Part shown: in pieces, positions 33,207 to 42,174 of the stretch
Layout: the number at the start of each line of letters is the position of its first letter
How positions within the stretch are numbered: the stretch's first letter is position 1
Origin: a virus
Strand: one strand, 5' to 3'
IMG/VR virus record: IMGVR_UViG_3300019487_000012
Coordinates: 1 to 42,227 of that record
DNA: 42,227 nt
The notes under the pieces: generated by a model
What the model was told of the DNA's origin: nothing
The model's input: only the letters and a program-made list of their open reading frames with translations
Database searches by the model: none
Made by a program: the position numbers and the translations under genes

Positions 33207-33572
33207 ATGCCTGAAAACGAAGGTAAAATAGTGCTTGACAGCCTGGCGCGGCTATGCTATGCTTCTTTTGGTGAGCTAGAAGTGTATAGTTTAATGAGCG
33301 AAATAAGAAGAATAACAAAAATCCCTGTTTCATTACATTTGACATTAGGAATTAGTTTAGTTAGCATTATTAGTCTTGCATTTTATTCAGGAAAACTAGA
33401 GCAACGAGTTTTTGCACTTGAATCTTTTCATAATACAAATAAGTCCTTTCAAGAAAGCACTCTTATTCTAACTGAGCGAATGGCAGCATTGCAGCGTGAA
33501 ATAGGCGAATTACGAGTGAGCATAAAGGAGTTAATGAATGGAGATTACAGACGCAGTCCAATTAAACGATGA
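33207..33572 (+). CDS. Small membrane-anchored coiled-coil protein (121 aa from ATG 33207, or 93 aa from ATG 33293)
   Basis: One predicted TM helix (LHLTLGISLVSIISLAFYSG) followed by a coiled coil (ERMAALQREIGELRVSIKEL). The start is ambiguous because of the promoter-like element at 33235. Confidence 0.5.
   Translation: MPENEGKIVLDSLARLCYASFGELEVYSLMSEIRRITKIPVSLHLTLGISLVSIISLAFYSGKLEQRVFALESFHNTNKSFQESTLILTERMAALQREIGELRVSIKELMNGDYRRSPIKR
33235..33263 (+). promoter_or_regulatory. Sigma-70-like promoter candidate facing the late arm
   Basis: TTGACA (33235-33240), a 17-nt spacer, then TATGCT (33258-33263). The host is unknown, so the consensus may not apply. It sits inside track ORF 33207..33572, upstream of the internal ATG 33293. 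Confidence 0.4.
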
Positions 33573-33699
33573 CGTAACAGTTTCTCTTATACCTGTTTTT
33601 TCTGAGGAAAATAATTTGGAAAAACGTATTCAAGAGAGATTAGATAACAGTCCATTAACTCAAATTTTAATGCAACATGGAATTTATGCCACTAATTGA
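33538..33699 (+). CDS. Small hypothetical protein (53 aa), below the ORF-track cutoff
   Basis: My own translation: MEITDAVQLNDDVTVSLIPVFSEENNLEKRIQERLDNSPLTQILMQHGIYATN. AAGGAG lies 7 nt upstream of the ATG. Confidence 0.45.
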   Translation: MEITDAVQLNDDVTVSLIPVFSEENNLEKRIQERLDNSPLTQILMQHGIYATN

Positions 33700-34021
33700 T
33701 GTTAATCCTGTTCCTGTTGAAATTCCTTCTTTAGCTACTATCGAAGAGAAGCTAAAGAAGGCATTGCCAGCAGCAGGTAGGAAAGATAAACATCTTGAAG
33801 TTTTTGACAATGCAGGCGCTTCTGTCGAGAATGCAGCAGAAGTGATTGCAAATGTCATGGCGTTTTCTAGTGAAGAAAATACCAAACTTCGCGCGGCTGA
33901 ATTGGTACTTAAAGTCCATAAAATCATGGATGACAAAGGGAATACAGAACCTCAAATTAATTTTGTATTCCATGAAGCTGTTAATCTTCAGCAAATTCTA
34001 CAACCAAGGACGAATACATGA
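33677..34021 (+). CDS. Hypothetical protein (114 aa)
   Basis: ORF in the late leader region. No SD at 33677; an alternative ATG is at 33686. The helical segment NTKLRAAELVLKVHKI is vaguely like small terminase subunits, which is not enough to call. Confidence 0.4.
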   Translation: MEFMPLIDVNPVPVEIPSLATIEEKLKKALPAAGRKDKHLEVFDNAGASVENAAEVIANVMAFSSEENTKLRAAELVLKVHKIMDDKGNTEPQINFVFHEAVNLQQILQPRTNT

Positions 34022-34269
34022 GTGTGTCCGCTACAGCTACTGAATCTAAACTAACTATCGAAACACTCTTAACTGCAATATACGTTTTACACTATAAAGC
34101 ACGTTTTAAGCCTGAATCGATGAACTTTGTTCACTCTGGGAATATTCAAACTGCAAGGTTAGAAGGTGAGAAATATTGTGATCGTTTTGGATTACGCTTT
34201 ATAAGCGTAGTTCCTTTTTTTGGGGATATTAATAGAAAACCCACACAAGCAGAAGAGCAAGATGCCTAA
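34018..34269 (+). CDS. Hypothetical protein (83 aa)
   Basis: ATGA coupling to the upstream ORF. Confidence 0.4.
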   Translation: MSVSATATESKLTIETLLTAIYVLHYKARFKPESMNFVHSGNIQTARLEGEKYCDRFGLRFISVVPFFGDINRKPTQAEEQDA

Positions 34270-34344
34270 AGGAGTTGGCTATCCTAAAAAAGGAAAACTT
34301 GCATCTAAGTTAGCTACACTTTTTTCAAAAAGGAAGAAAAAGAA

Positions 34345-34860
34345 ATGATACCTGTGACATTTGTTAAATCTGATAGACCTAATAAGGAAGATTTACTTCT
34401 TTATTTTCCAGCGTTTATTGATCCTTCTAATGGAGCTTCCTATTACATTGTATCAGATGATGCTGACCCCAATTTGTATCATGTAGGTGCTCAAACTCCA
34501 TTTACATTTCTAATAGTAAAAACTGTACAGGCAGTTTCGACATTATCAAATTTAGTCTCAGTTAATCTAAATCCATTAAGTTTTCCAGATGCACCTAGCT
34601 GTGATAAATTGTTTCCTCTCTTCAGACAATTAGCTGCTTTTCCAATTGAAATTACACTTTATGACGATACACCAAATCGGTTGAATATCGTTTCTCATAA
34701 TATTCCAGAATATTACTTTTCCATTACCTCAGTCTTTAATCCAAATCCGCTTCGCATTAATGCTGGCACAATAATACGAATGTTTCTCGCACAGCCTCAT
34801 TCAAATTGGCCCGTAAATATTGTAAAAAACATTCTAAGACAACACGGACTTGCTATTTAA
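34345..34860 (+). CDS. Hypothetical protein (171 aa), positional candidate for the small terminase subunit
   Basis: It lies immediately upstream of the large terminase and is TAATG-coupled to it. There is no recognisable motif, so the functional label is positional only. Confidence 0.3.
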   Translation: MIPVTFVKSDRPNKEDLLLYFPAFIDPSNGASYYIVSDDADPNLYHVGAQTPFTFLIVKTVQAVSTLSNLVSVNLNPLSFPDAPSCDKLFPLFRQLAAFPIEITLYDDTPNRLNIVSHNIPEYYFSITSVFNPNPLRINAGTIIRMFLAQPHSNWPVNIVKNILRQHGLAI

Positions 34861-36362
34861 TGGATATTCCTATCCGTTTTATTAATGAACCGACACAGCA
34901 ATTTTTTCTAAGTACAAAACGCAATCAGTGTATTTGCGGAGGTTTCGGTTCAGGCAAAACTTGGATTGCTTGCCTTAAATCCCTTCTACTTCTAACACAC
35001 TTCAACAAATACCGAATGCTATTCGGTAGGCAAGAATATAAAAGCTTAATTCAAACCACATATAAAACATTCCTTAAAATTTGCCCACCTGGATTTATTG
35101 ATCGCTGGGACGAGCAAAAAGGGTATATGCGGTTGAAGAATGGCAGTGAAATTCTATGGATGCATTTAGATGCCGTAGATGAAGCATTAGCCAAAGGATT
35201 AGAAGTAAACAGCATTTATATTGACCAGCCTGAAGATGTTGAAGAGGGGGTATATACACTACTTGATGCAAGATTAGCTAGATGGGAGAAAGCAGTTCCA
35301 AATAAAGCATTATTAGCAGCGAATTCTAATTGGCCTAGAGATGAATTTGGAAATTATAGAGTACCAGCATACATGATGCTAACTCCAAATCCAGATTTTG
35401 AAACACATTGGATTTATCGCTATTATCATCCTGATAGTTCTTCCCGCCTAGATAATCATGACTATTTTGAAGTTTCAACACTCCAGAATCCTCACTTAGA
35501 TCCTGAAACAGTAAAAGTAATGCTTTCGCGTGATCCTGCATGGGTCAAGAGGTATATTCATGGTCTTTGGGGAATTGCAGAAGCAATACTGCATCAGATT
35601 CTCCCTGATAGCTATATCAATCCTGCTGATGAATTTCTTGAAAAAATAATTGGCTATGGAAATTGCGTGCGAGCACTAGATCATGGCGAATCTGCGCCTA
35701 CCGCATGTTTATGGTCAAGTGCATATAAGCAATGGCGCTTTTACTATAGAGAATATTACCAGCCAAATCGCCTAATTAGCTATCATCGTGAGCGTATTAA
35801 CGAAATGAGTGAAGGCGAGTTCTATGTAGCAAATTTATGCGATCCTCAAATGCATAAGCAAACGAGTCAGAAGTATGACCAGTTTTGGACGACTGCATTA
35901 GAATATACGGATGAAAGAATAGATGCACCTCCATTGCATTTTACTCCCGCTGACAATAATGAATTAGCGACACGAAATAGAATTAATGAAGGGTTGGCAT
36001 TAAATGATGACATTTCGCACCCTATTACTGGGGAAAAGCCAGCGCCAGTAATCTACTTTGTCAAGAAAACAGAAAAACGACCATGTGGTATTTCTACGCT
36101 AACAGAAGAATTACGTTCGCAACGTAGAGAGAAAATAACCGAAATTAACGGAAAAACTATCTATAGTGATACTCGTGAAAAATCAATTGCAGATCATCTA
36201 TACGATACTTTCCGCTATACTGAAGCGTTTCATAATAATGCGCCTCCTGAATTAAAACGGGTTCCAAAACCTAATTCATTCTACGGGAGGCGTCAAGCCA
36301 TATTATCATTACAGAAATCAGGGCAATTAAATCGCTATGGAGGAAGTAAAGCAACAATATGA
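34860..36362 (+). CDS. terL: Terminase large subunit (500 aa)
   Basis: The track ORF starts at 34806. ATG 34860 overlaps the upstream stop (TAATG). Walker A CGGFGSGKTW, Walker B SIYIDQPED, nuclease-domain ALDHGESAPTACLW and a C-terminal D...Y motif. Confidence 0.85.
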   Translation: MDIPIRFINEPTQQFFLSTKRNQCICGGFGSGKTWIACLKSLLLLTHFNKYRMLFGRQEYKSLIQTTYKTFLKICPPGFIDRWDEQKGYMRLKNGSEILWMHLDAVDEALAKGLEVNSIYIDQPEDVEEGVYTLLDARLARWEKAVPNKALLAANSNWPRDEFGNYRVPAYMMLTPNPDFETHWIYRYYHPDSSSRLDNHDYFEVSTLQNPHLDPETVKVMLSRDPAWVKRYIHGLWGIAEAILHQILPDSYINPADEFLEKIIGYGNCVRALDHGESAPTACLWSSAYKQWRFYYREYYQPNRLISYHRERINEMSEGEFYVANLCDPQMHKQTSQKYDQFWTTALEYTDERIDAPPLHFTPADNNELATRNRINEGLALNDDISHPITGEKPAPVIYFVKKTEKRPCGISTLTEELRSQRREKITEINGKTIYSDTREKSIADHLYDTFRYTEAFHNNAPPELKRVPKPNSFYGRRQAILSLQKSGQLNRYGGSKATI

Positions 36363-38149
36363 ATGCTCAAAAACTTTCTCTAGCAATAGAAGTTGCTAAT
36401 AGACAATACAAGCAGTGGAGTGATCTCTATAAAGCAGATCTACTTTATGAGTATTACAAGGGATTTCATTATGCTGATAAGGATAATGATAATTATTTTC
36501 TAAATCTTGTTTATTCTACAATAGAGATTAAACTACCTAGTTTAGTATTTAATCTTCCAAAGTTTAACGTATCTCCACGTGCAAAAGATATAGACATTGA
36601 TTCGGAATCTGCCTTTGAATATGCTATTAATTTACAGGATATTCTACATGATTGGATAAGCATTGATGAGGTTGAATTCCTAGGCGAAATGGAAGGAGCA
36701 ATATTAAATGCTTTCTTTGGATTTGGAATCGTCGAATTAGGATATAGTGCAAATTGGGTAGATAATCCTAATGCTGGAAAGCCTATTTTAGCTAGAGACA
36801 TAGAGCAAACAGATAGTAAAAAAGTAGTTCGACAACCTAGGCGGATTCCATCGAGTGAAGCAATTTATATTAAACACATTCTTTCAAATCGCTTTCGTGT
36901 CTCATATCCAGCAAATCGCTATTTGCATAGGTGCGATTGGTGCGGATATTATGATTTTGTTCGCTTGGTCGATTTGCAAGCAAATAAAGAGCTAAACCTA
37001 TCAAAAGTCTCAGACACTTCTGCATATTTTTATGAATCTAGTGTTATTACTTCGGAGCTTCCGACAGATGAAGATAAACTCCGTATAGAATTAGCAGACG
37101 ATTACCTAAAAGTTTGGAAAATTTGGCATAATAGAACAGGCGAACGCTACATTTATTTAGAAGGGCCTAATCAAATTCTTCAAACACGTAGATTTACTGA
37201 GTTACCTCTTATTGATTTGCGTTTTCGCAAGCCGCTTAGAGGTTTTTATCCTACTCCACCGCAAGTATTTAATTGGATTCCTGCACAAAATGAGCAAAAT
37301 GAAGTGCGGGAAGCTATGCGAAGGCATCGACGTAAGTTTAAGCGAATGTATGCTTACTTAAAACAAGCTGTTGATCCTGATGAACTAGCGAAAGCAATTA
37401 CTGGAGATGATGGAGAGATAGTTGCTGAGGGAGTTCGAGATGCGATTAGAGCAATTACATCTCCTGATTTAAATGCTACTAGTGATAAATTGCTTGTAGT
37501 TAGCAAAGATGACTTTAACATAGTTAGCGGAACAACGAGTGAAGCTAGAGGAACAGCCGACAGGGAAACTGCAACGCAAGCAGCAATCAAGAATAATCGT
37601 GCTGGAATTAGAGAGAGTGCAGAACAAGCAGTTACTGCCAAGTTCTATAATAAAGTAGCTAAGTTAGGGCTAACTTTCATGAAAGAACGTTATGTTCTTC
37701 CAGTAACAGTAATGGGAGATCAAGAACTAGAAGGAAGTATTGGCGAAACTGCTTCACTCAATAGCCGACAACCAAAACGAATAAATCCATTACTAGATTT
37801 AGGTCCGCAAGCGTTTCAGTTTGACGTAATGTTGCAATTAGATTCGACTTCTCCTGTTGCGAATGCTCAAGAGTTGGAGAAATTCCTTCAGTTTCTTTCT
37901 CTATTAACGCAATTTCCACAGACTTCTATTTCTCCTCTAATTATTAGGGAAATGGCATTTAGAGTAGGCTATAGAAACGAACGTGTTATTAAAGAATTCC
38001 AACAGTTAGCCCAATTACAACTAATTGGATTACTTGAGCAAGGGATGGGGAATCTAGGACAAACTACAACTCAACAAATGATTCCTCCAAATGCTACGCA
38101 AGTACAGAATCAGCTTCAGAAACAAGGAATTCCCATTAATAATGGCTGA
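36359..38149 (+). CDS. Portal protein (596 aa)
   Basis: ATGA-coupled directly after terL. Its size and helical N-terminus fit. Its position before the scaffold and capsid genes fits. Confidence 0.7.
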   Translation: MNAQKLSLAIEVANRQYKQWSDLYKADLLYEYYKGFHYADKDNDNYFLNLVYSTIEIKLPSLVFNLPKFNVSPRAKDIDIDSESAFEYAINLQDILHDWISIDEVEFLGEMEGAILNAFFGFGIVELGYSANWVDNPNAGKPILARDIEQTDSKKVVRQPRRIPSSEAIYIKHILSNRFRVSYPANRYLHRCDWCGYYDFVRLVDLQANKELNLSKVSDTSAYFYESSVITSELPTDEDKLRIELADDYLKVWKIWHNRTGERYIYLEGPNQILQTRRFTELPLIDLRFRKPLRGFYPTPPQVFNWIPAQNEQNEVREAMRRHRRKFKRMYAYLKQAVDPDELAKAITGDDGEIVAEGVRDAIRAITSPDLNATSDKLLVVSKDDFNIVSGTTSEARGTADRETATQAAIKNNRAGIRESAEQAVTAKFYNKVAKLGLTFMKERYVLPVTVMGDQELEGSIGETASLNSRQPKRINPLLDLGPQAFQFDVMLQLDSTSPVANAQELEKFLQFLSLLTQFPQTSISPLIIREMAFRVGYRNERVIKEFQQLAQLQLIGLLEQGMGNLGQTTTQQMIPPNATQVQNQLQKQGIPINNG

Positions 38150-38444
38150 GAAAGTAAAATTTAGAGGACCAACACCAGTAGAACGTGTTACGTTCTTAAA
38201 AGAGTTGGATTTTCAAGGGAAATCCTCTTTGGCAGATCATGGTTTCAAAACAGCAGTAGGTTTAATTAAGCCTATTTCTCTGGCCGCAGCATTAGCTGAT
38301 ACATTTAGTACAACTAAAAGAATTTTTGATGAAGCGCATCAAAATAAACTGGCTGCTCCTACAGATTATCTACGTTTACTAGGTAATACGACTGTATTGG
38401 GGCATGTTGGTAAAGATCTATTTAACCGTTTGATTAGGAGATAA
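38142..38444 (+). CDS. Hypothetical head-module protein (100 aa)
   Basis: The track ORF starts at 38091. ATG 38142 (MAEKVKF...) overlaps the portal stop. Confidence 0.45.
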   Translation: MAEKVKFRGPTPVERVTFLKELDFQGKSSLADHGFKTAVGLIKPISLAAALADTFSTTKRIFDEAHQNKLAAPTDYLRLLGNTTVLGHVGKDLFNRLIRR

Positions 38445-38447
38445 ATT

Positions 38448-39212
38448 ATGGCTGATGACCTTAAAGTAGATGATCTTAAGGAAGATCAAGAAGGCGTAGT
38501 TGATGACGGGACAGTGGATGATGTAATAGATGATGTAGTAGATGATGAAAAAGACGATGCGGAAGATGACGATACTGTAGATGATACAAAGCCAGCAGGG
38601 GGAGACTTACTCTCACTGCTTCAAAATCCGCAAACACAGAAGCAAACTATTTTAGCACTAGCTAAACAAGCAGGTTTGCTAGAAGCCCCTGCGGAAAAAA
38701 AGAAAGAAGAACCGCCTACTGTCGAAGAAATGCTTCGACAAGTGTTAGGGGATGAGTATAATCTTCTTCCGCCTAAGATTGGGCGCGCACTTGAAAAAAT
38801 TCTGGAAGTTAAAATAAAAGCAGTAACGGACACTTTGGCTGAATCTCAAGAATTACAAATTCAACGAGATGCTAAGAACGCTGAAGTTGCTCTTTTAAAG
38901 AAGTATAAGGATGTTAGTAAATATCAGAATGCTATGCTTCAAATAATGGAGCAATATCATCCGGCTGCTGGAGTTTCGCAAAGCGATTATCTAGAAGATG
39001 TATATTTGTTGGCAAAGGCCAAAGCAGGAAAATCAATCGGCGAAAAAGCCGCATTGCAGTTTGCAAATCGCGTAAATAGAAACGCAAAAGATGATGATGG
39101 AAAAGGAACATCAAATGACAGTGAGCCTGTACGGAAATCTATGATCACTAAGTTAAGCTTAGATGATGCGATTACTTCAGCCGTTCGGGAATTGAAGAAA
39201 GGAAAGAAATAA
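38448..39212 (+). CDS. Scaffolding protein (254 aa)
   Basis: AGGAG Shine-Dalgarno. Poly-acidic N-terminus (DDVIDDVVDDEKDDAEDDDTVDD) and long helical/coiled-coil body. It lies between the portal and capsid genes. Confidence 0.65.
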   Translation: MADDLKVDDLKEDQEGVVDDGTVDDVIDDVVDDEKDDAEDDDTVDDTKPAGGDLLSLLQNPQTQKQTILALAKQAGLLEAPAEKKKEEPPTVEEMLRQVLGDEYNLLPPKIGRALEKILEVKIKAVTDTLAESQELQIQRDAKNAEVALLKKYKDVSKYQNAMLQIMEQYHPAAGVSQSDYLEDVYLLAKAKAGKSIGEKAALQFANRVNRNAKDDDGKGTSNDSEPVRKSMITKLSLDDAITSAVRELKKGKK

Positions 39213-40277
39213 GTGGCAACACTTGGAACTGGCGGTGCTCCTGCGCAGCTTATCCAAAATTTTGATGCTCTATTTTCAACGTCTCTTGCTAATTACAGAG
39301 CTTCCTTTGAAGATCAAATTAGTGAAAGCAATGCAATCTTTTATGAAGCTAAGCGCAACGGTATGTGGGAACCACAAGATGGTGGTTTATACATTGCCGA
39401 ACCTTTGATGTATGAGCTTGGAAGTTTTGATGCTTATGATGGGTATGATGAACTTCCAGATCAACCTACTGACGGAATTACGCAATCTCTATGGGAATGG
39501 AGACAAGCAGCTACAGCAATTTCGTATTCAATGAAAGAGCTGAAGCAAAACAAACATAGGCTGCGTGATCTCGTTAAAGCGAAAATTAAACAAGCAGAAT
39601 TAGGCTCTGTTGAAGGATTCAATAAGCAGTTTCTAAGAGGCAGCTTTGCTAGTGGTGGTACAAGCTTAGTTACTCCTTATACTTCTTCAGCTACTGGTGC
39701 AGTATCAATTGAACCTCTTGCAAAATTGATTCATTATACACCCTCTTCAAGTTTGGTTGTCGGAAATATTAATCAAAATACACAATCTTGGTGGCGAAAT
39801 CGGACGGCTACTAGCACGGCAACTACATATTTGGGATTGCTTTTGGAATTCGATAATATGTATAACACTTGTGCGCGCGGTCCTGGTGGAGAGCCAAATT
39901 TGATTCTTACAGATCAGAAAACATTTGAGCTTGTGAATGCTGCATATTATCAGCAATATCGAACTTCGATGACTTCTGATGGTAACTATCCTTTTGTGAA
40001 TCTCAGATTTCGCAATGCGCGTCTTGTATTCGATCAATACATGCATGATGTTGAGTCGAATACTATTGCAACTTCAACATATGGATCTGCATATTTTGTA
40101 AACTCAAAGTTTTTGAAAGTTGTTGTTGAGTCAAGTACCAATTTTGTACAAACTGAATTTGCAAAACCTCCGAAGGGGGATAGCCGACTTGCCCATATTC
40201 TGTTTATGGGCCAAACGCTTACTAACAATCGCAGAAAACTTGGGGTTCTAGGCAAGATTGCTAGAACACTCACCTAA
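39213..40277 (+). CDS. Major capsid protein, HK97-fold (354 aa), GTG start
   Basis: GTG directly after the scaffold stop, with AAGGAAAG upstream. QDGGLYIAEPLMYELGSFDAYDGYDELPDQPTDGITQSLWEWRQAATAISYSMKELKQN fits the pattern GG..i..pl.y......Y.GyD.l......d..t.a.y.W that I associate with epsilon15/BPP-1-type podoviral capsid proteins. Confidence 0.75.
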   Translation: MATLGTGGAPAQLIQNFDALFSTSLANYRASFEDQISESNAIFYEAKRNGMWEPQDGGLYIAEPLMYELGSFDAYDGYDELPDQPTDGITQSLWEWRQAATAISYSMKELKQNKHRLRDLVKAKIKQAELGSVEGFNKQFLRGSFASGGTSLVTPYTSSATGAVSIEPLAKLIHYTPSSSLVVGNINQNTQSWWRNRTATSTATTYLGLLLEFDNMYNTCARGPGGEPNLILTDQKTFELVNAAYYQQYRTSMTSDGNYPFVNLRFRNARLVFDQYMHDVESNTIATSTYGSAYFVNSKFLKVVVESSTNFVQTEFAKPPKGDSRLAHILFMGQTLTNNRRKLGVLGKIARTLT

Positions 40278-40293
40278 GAAGAAAGGAAAGAAA

Positions 40294-40833
40294 ATGAGAT
40301 ACCAAACATTAGGTGACAAACCAGGTTTTGTTGAAGAGCGTATTCGTAACGACGAAGCATCTGCGAATATTCCTAAAGGAACGCCTGTAGTACTTACGCT
40401 AGATGGTACTGAAGATGGACTAGCAGTAGTTCTTCCTTCAAGTGCTGGTAGTCAGGCACTTGCAGATATGTTCCTTTTTGGGGTGGCAAGTGACGTAGTT
40501 GAACCTGCAAGATTAGGGAATGCTACTAAATTTGGAATTGCGCGACAAGCAATTCTTCGCAGAGCAACGAGAGCAGCATCTACTGACAATTGGGTAGGCA
40601 GTACTTCAATTGCAAAAGGTGTTTTGCTTCGTCTTGACACAGTTAACAATTGTTTTTCAACTGCTGCATCAATAGTAACTACTGCTACTGACACAGTTGT
40701 GACAATTAGTTATCATCATCGACCAAATGCATGGCTTGCAGAAGATGTTGCTAGTTTCGCGTCCACTGCAAGTACAACCGGAGCCGCAACAGCTTTGACA
40801 GTTTTTGCAAAAGCTTTTGTGCGCTTGCTATAG
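40294..40833 (+). CDS. Putative head decoration/cement protein (179 aa) with S/T-rich C-terminus
   Basis: The track ORF starts at 40258. ATG 40294 has AAGGAAAG upstream. IPKGTPVVLTLDGTEDGLAVVLPSSAG....LFGVASDVV resembles DUF2190-type decoration proteins. It lies directly after the capsid gene and is followed by a terminator. Confidence 0.45.
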   Translation: MRYQTLGDKPGFVEERIRNDEASANIPKGTPVVLTLDGTEDGLAVVLPSSAGSQALADMFLFGVASDVVEPARLGNATKFGIARQAILRRATRAASTDNWVGSTSIAKGVLLRLDTVNNCFSTAASIVTTATDTVVTISYHHRPNAWLAEDVASFASTASTTGAATALTVFAKAFVRLL

Positions 40834-40852
40834 TTTCCCCATAGGGGTATGG

Positions 40853-40897
40853 AAAGGGCTAGTATGTTGACTGGGGGGTTACTACTGGCCCTTTTCT
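40853..40897 (+). terminator. Rho-independent terminator after the capsid/decoration genes
   Basis: A 12-bp stem, 40853-40864 (aaagggctagta) pairing with 40883-40894 (tactggcccttt), with one G.U. The loop is 18 nt. The U-tract is short (TTTTCT). Confidence 0.55.
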
Positions 40898-40936
40898 GAA
40901 ATTTTAGAAAGAACAAGACAATCTGTATTTTGAAAT

Positions 40937-41656
40937 ATGAAATTTCTAATTGGAATCAACAACCTATCAACAATAGATCAATATGTTTATGCAAATCATA
41001 TTCAGCTTTTCTTTCGACTTGGAAGAAATACAGAACATGAATTTATGCTCTGTAATCCGCGTCGAATGAGCATTGATAGAATGCGAAATGAAGCTGCTAA
41101 GATAGCTATGGACACGGAAGCTGATTATCTTGTCTTCATGGATGATGATGTTCTTGTTCCATTTGATGCTATTCAACAGCTATTAAAGTATGTTGACATT
41201 TGTGATGTAATTGCAGGAGTAACACATATTCGTGGCTATCCGTTTGAACCGATGATTTTTAATTTTACAAATGATGAATATCGCAAGAATACATTTGTAA
41301 CTGATTACAAAGAAAAGGCAGTTAGTGGATTTCTTCTTTGTGATGCAGTCGGCTTTTCTTTATGTTTAATTAAAGTATCTCTTTTGCGAAAGATGCGCCC
41401 ACCTTTCTTCGTAACAACTCCAAACCAGACAGAGGATGTGTTTTTTTGTGTAAGAGCAAAGGAGCAAATTCCAGACGTCAGGATTGGCGTAAATACTGAG
41501 TTAAAGACGCAGCATTCATTAGGCTCAGATTTTGTTGGTCCAGATAGCGTAGACTTATGGCGAGAATTCACTGAAAAACGCTATCCAGAAATAGCTAAAG
41601 AAATAGCACAGCGACAAGATCATCCAATTGAATACATTCTAAAGGAAATCGAATGA
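40937..41656 (+). CDS. GT-A (family 2-like) glycosyltransferase (239 aa)
   Basis: DYLVFMDDDVLVP (DxD), CDAVGFSLCLIKVSLLRKMRPPFF, TEDVFFCVRA. It is paralogous to the N-terminal half of 761..1912. Confidence 0.75.
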   Translation: MKFLIGINNLSTIDQYVYANHIQLFFRLGRNTEHEFMLCNPRRMSIDRMRNEAAKIAMDTEADYLVFMDDDVLVPFDAIQQLLKYVDICDVIAGVTHIRGYPFEPMIFNFTNDEYRKNTFVTDYKEKAVSGFLLCDAVGFSLCLIKVSLLRKMRPPFFVTTPNQTEDVFFCVRAKEQIPDVRIGVNTELKTQHSLGSDFVGPDSVDLWREFTEKRYPEIAKEIAQRQDHPIEYILKEIE

Positions 41657-42174
41657 AACTTAATTTAGGTTGCGGTTTTTCAAAATTACCTGGATTTATT
41701 AATGTGGATATTGACCCTGATCTTAACCCAGATCTAGTAGTAGATATTCTTAAGCCCTTTCCTTGGGAACCAAATTCAGTAGAACAAATAGTTTTATATC
41801 ATACAATTGAGCATATTAAAGAGGATCAACATTTATCATTGTTTGCAAGAATTTATGAAGTATTGTGTGTAGGCGGTTTATTTGTTCTTGCGTATCCTGA
41901 GTTTGAACGTTGTGCGACGAATTGGTTAATTAATCATCGTGGTAAGCGTGAATTTTGGAAACATACTATTTATGGACGCCAATTATCTCCGTATGATTAT
42001 CACATCGCATTAATGAATACACCTGAATTACTTGAAACACTTGAATCAATTGGATTCAAGTGTGAAGCGCGTCCCGACGAACAAGCACCCTATAATACAG
42101 TTTTAAAAGCTACTAAAGGAACTCCTTTACCAACTTATGAAGATGTTGTACGAACTGACATTTTTGGGGTTTAA
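41653..42174 (+). CDS. Class I SAM-dependent methyltransferase (173 aa)
   Basis: ATGA coupling. LNLGCG (motif I), VLYHTIEHI, VGGLFVL. It shares YG.Q..PYDYH and a KG-containing C-terminus with the C-terminal half of 761..1912. Confidence 0.75.
   Translation: MKLNLGCGFSKLPGFINVDIDPDLNPDLVVDILKPFPWEPNSVEQIVLYHTIEHIKEDQHLSLFARIYEVLCVGGLFVLAYPEFERCATNWLINHRGKREFWKHTIYGRQLSPYDYHIALMNTPELLETLESIGFKCEARPDEQAPYNTVLKATKGTPLPTYEDVVRTDIFGV

Noticed and set aside
33022-33345. ORFs 33022..33231 (+) and 33154..33345 (-) in the control region
   Set aside because: 33022..33231 has a TTG start, and I saw no supporting SD for either ORF. They overlap each other on opposite strands in a region that is better explained as regulatory DNA.
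3621-40916. About 30 antisense or alternative-frame 'shadow' ORFs inside long genes. Examples: 3621..3818, 9535..9723, 11222..11443, 14168..14479, 16612..16887, 19166..19576, 20599..20790, 21523..21744, 29368..29556, 30172..30375, 32069..32290, 33667..34043, 35335..35541, 36511..36801, 37354..37641, 38621..39114, 39223..40273, 40452..40916, 40967..41571.
   Set aside because: Each lies wholly within a longer ORF that has recognisable motifs or operon coupling. They lack SD sites and have skewed, low-complexity composition.
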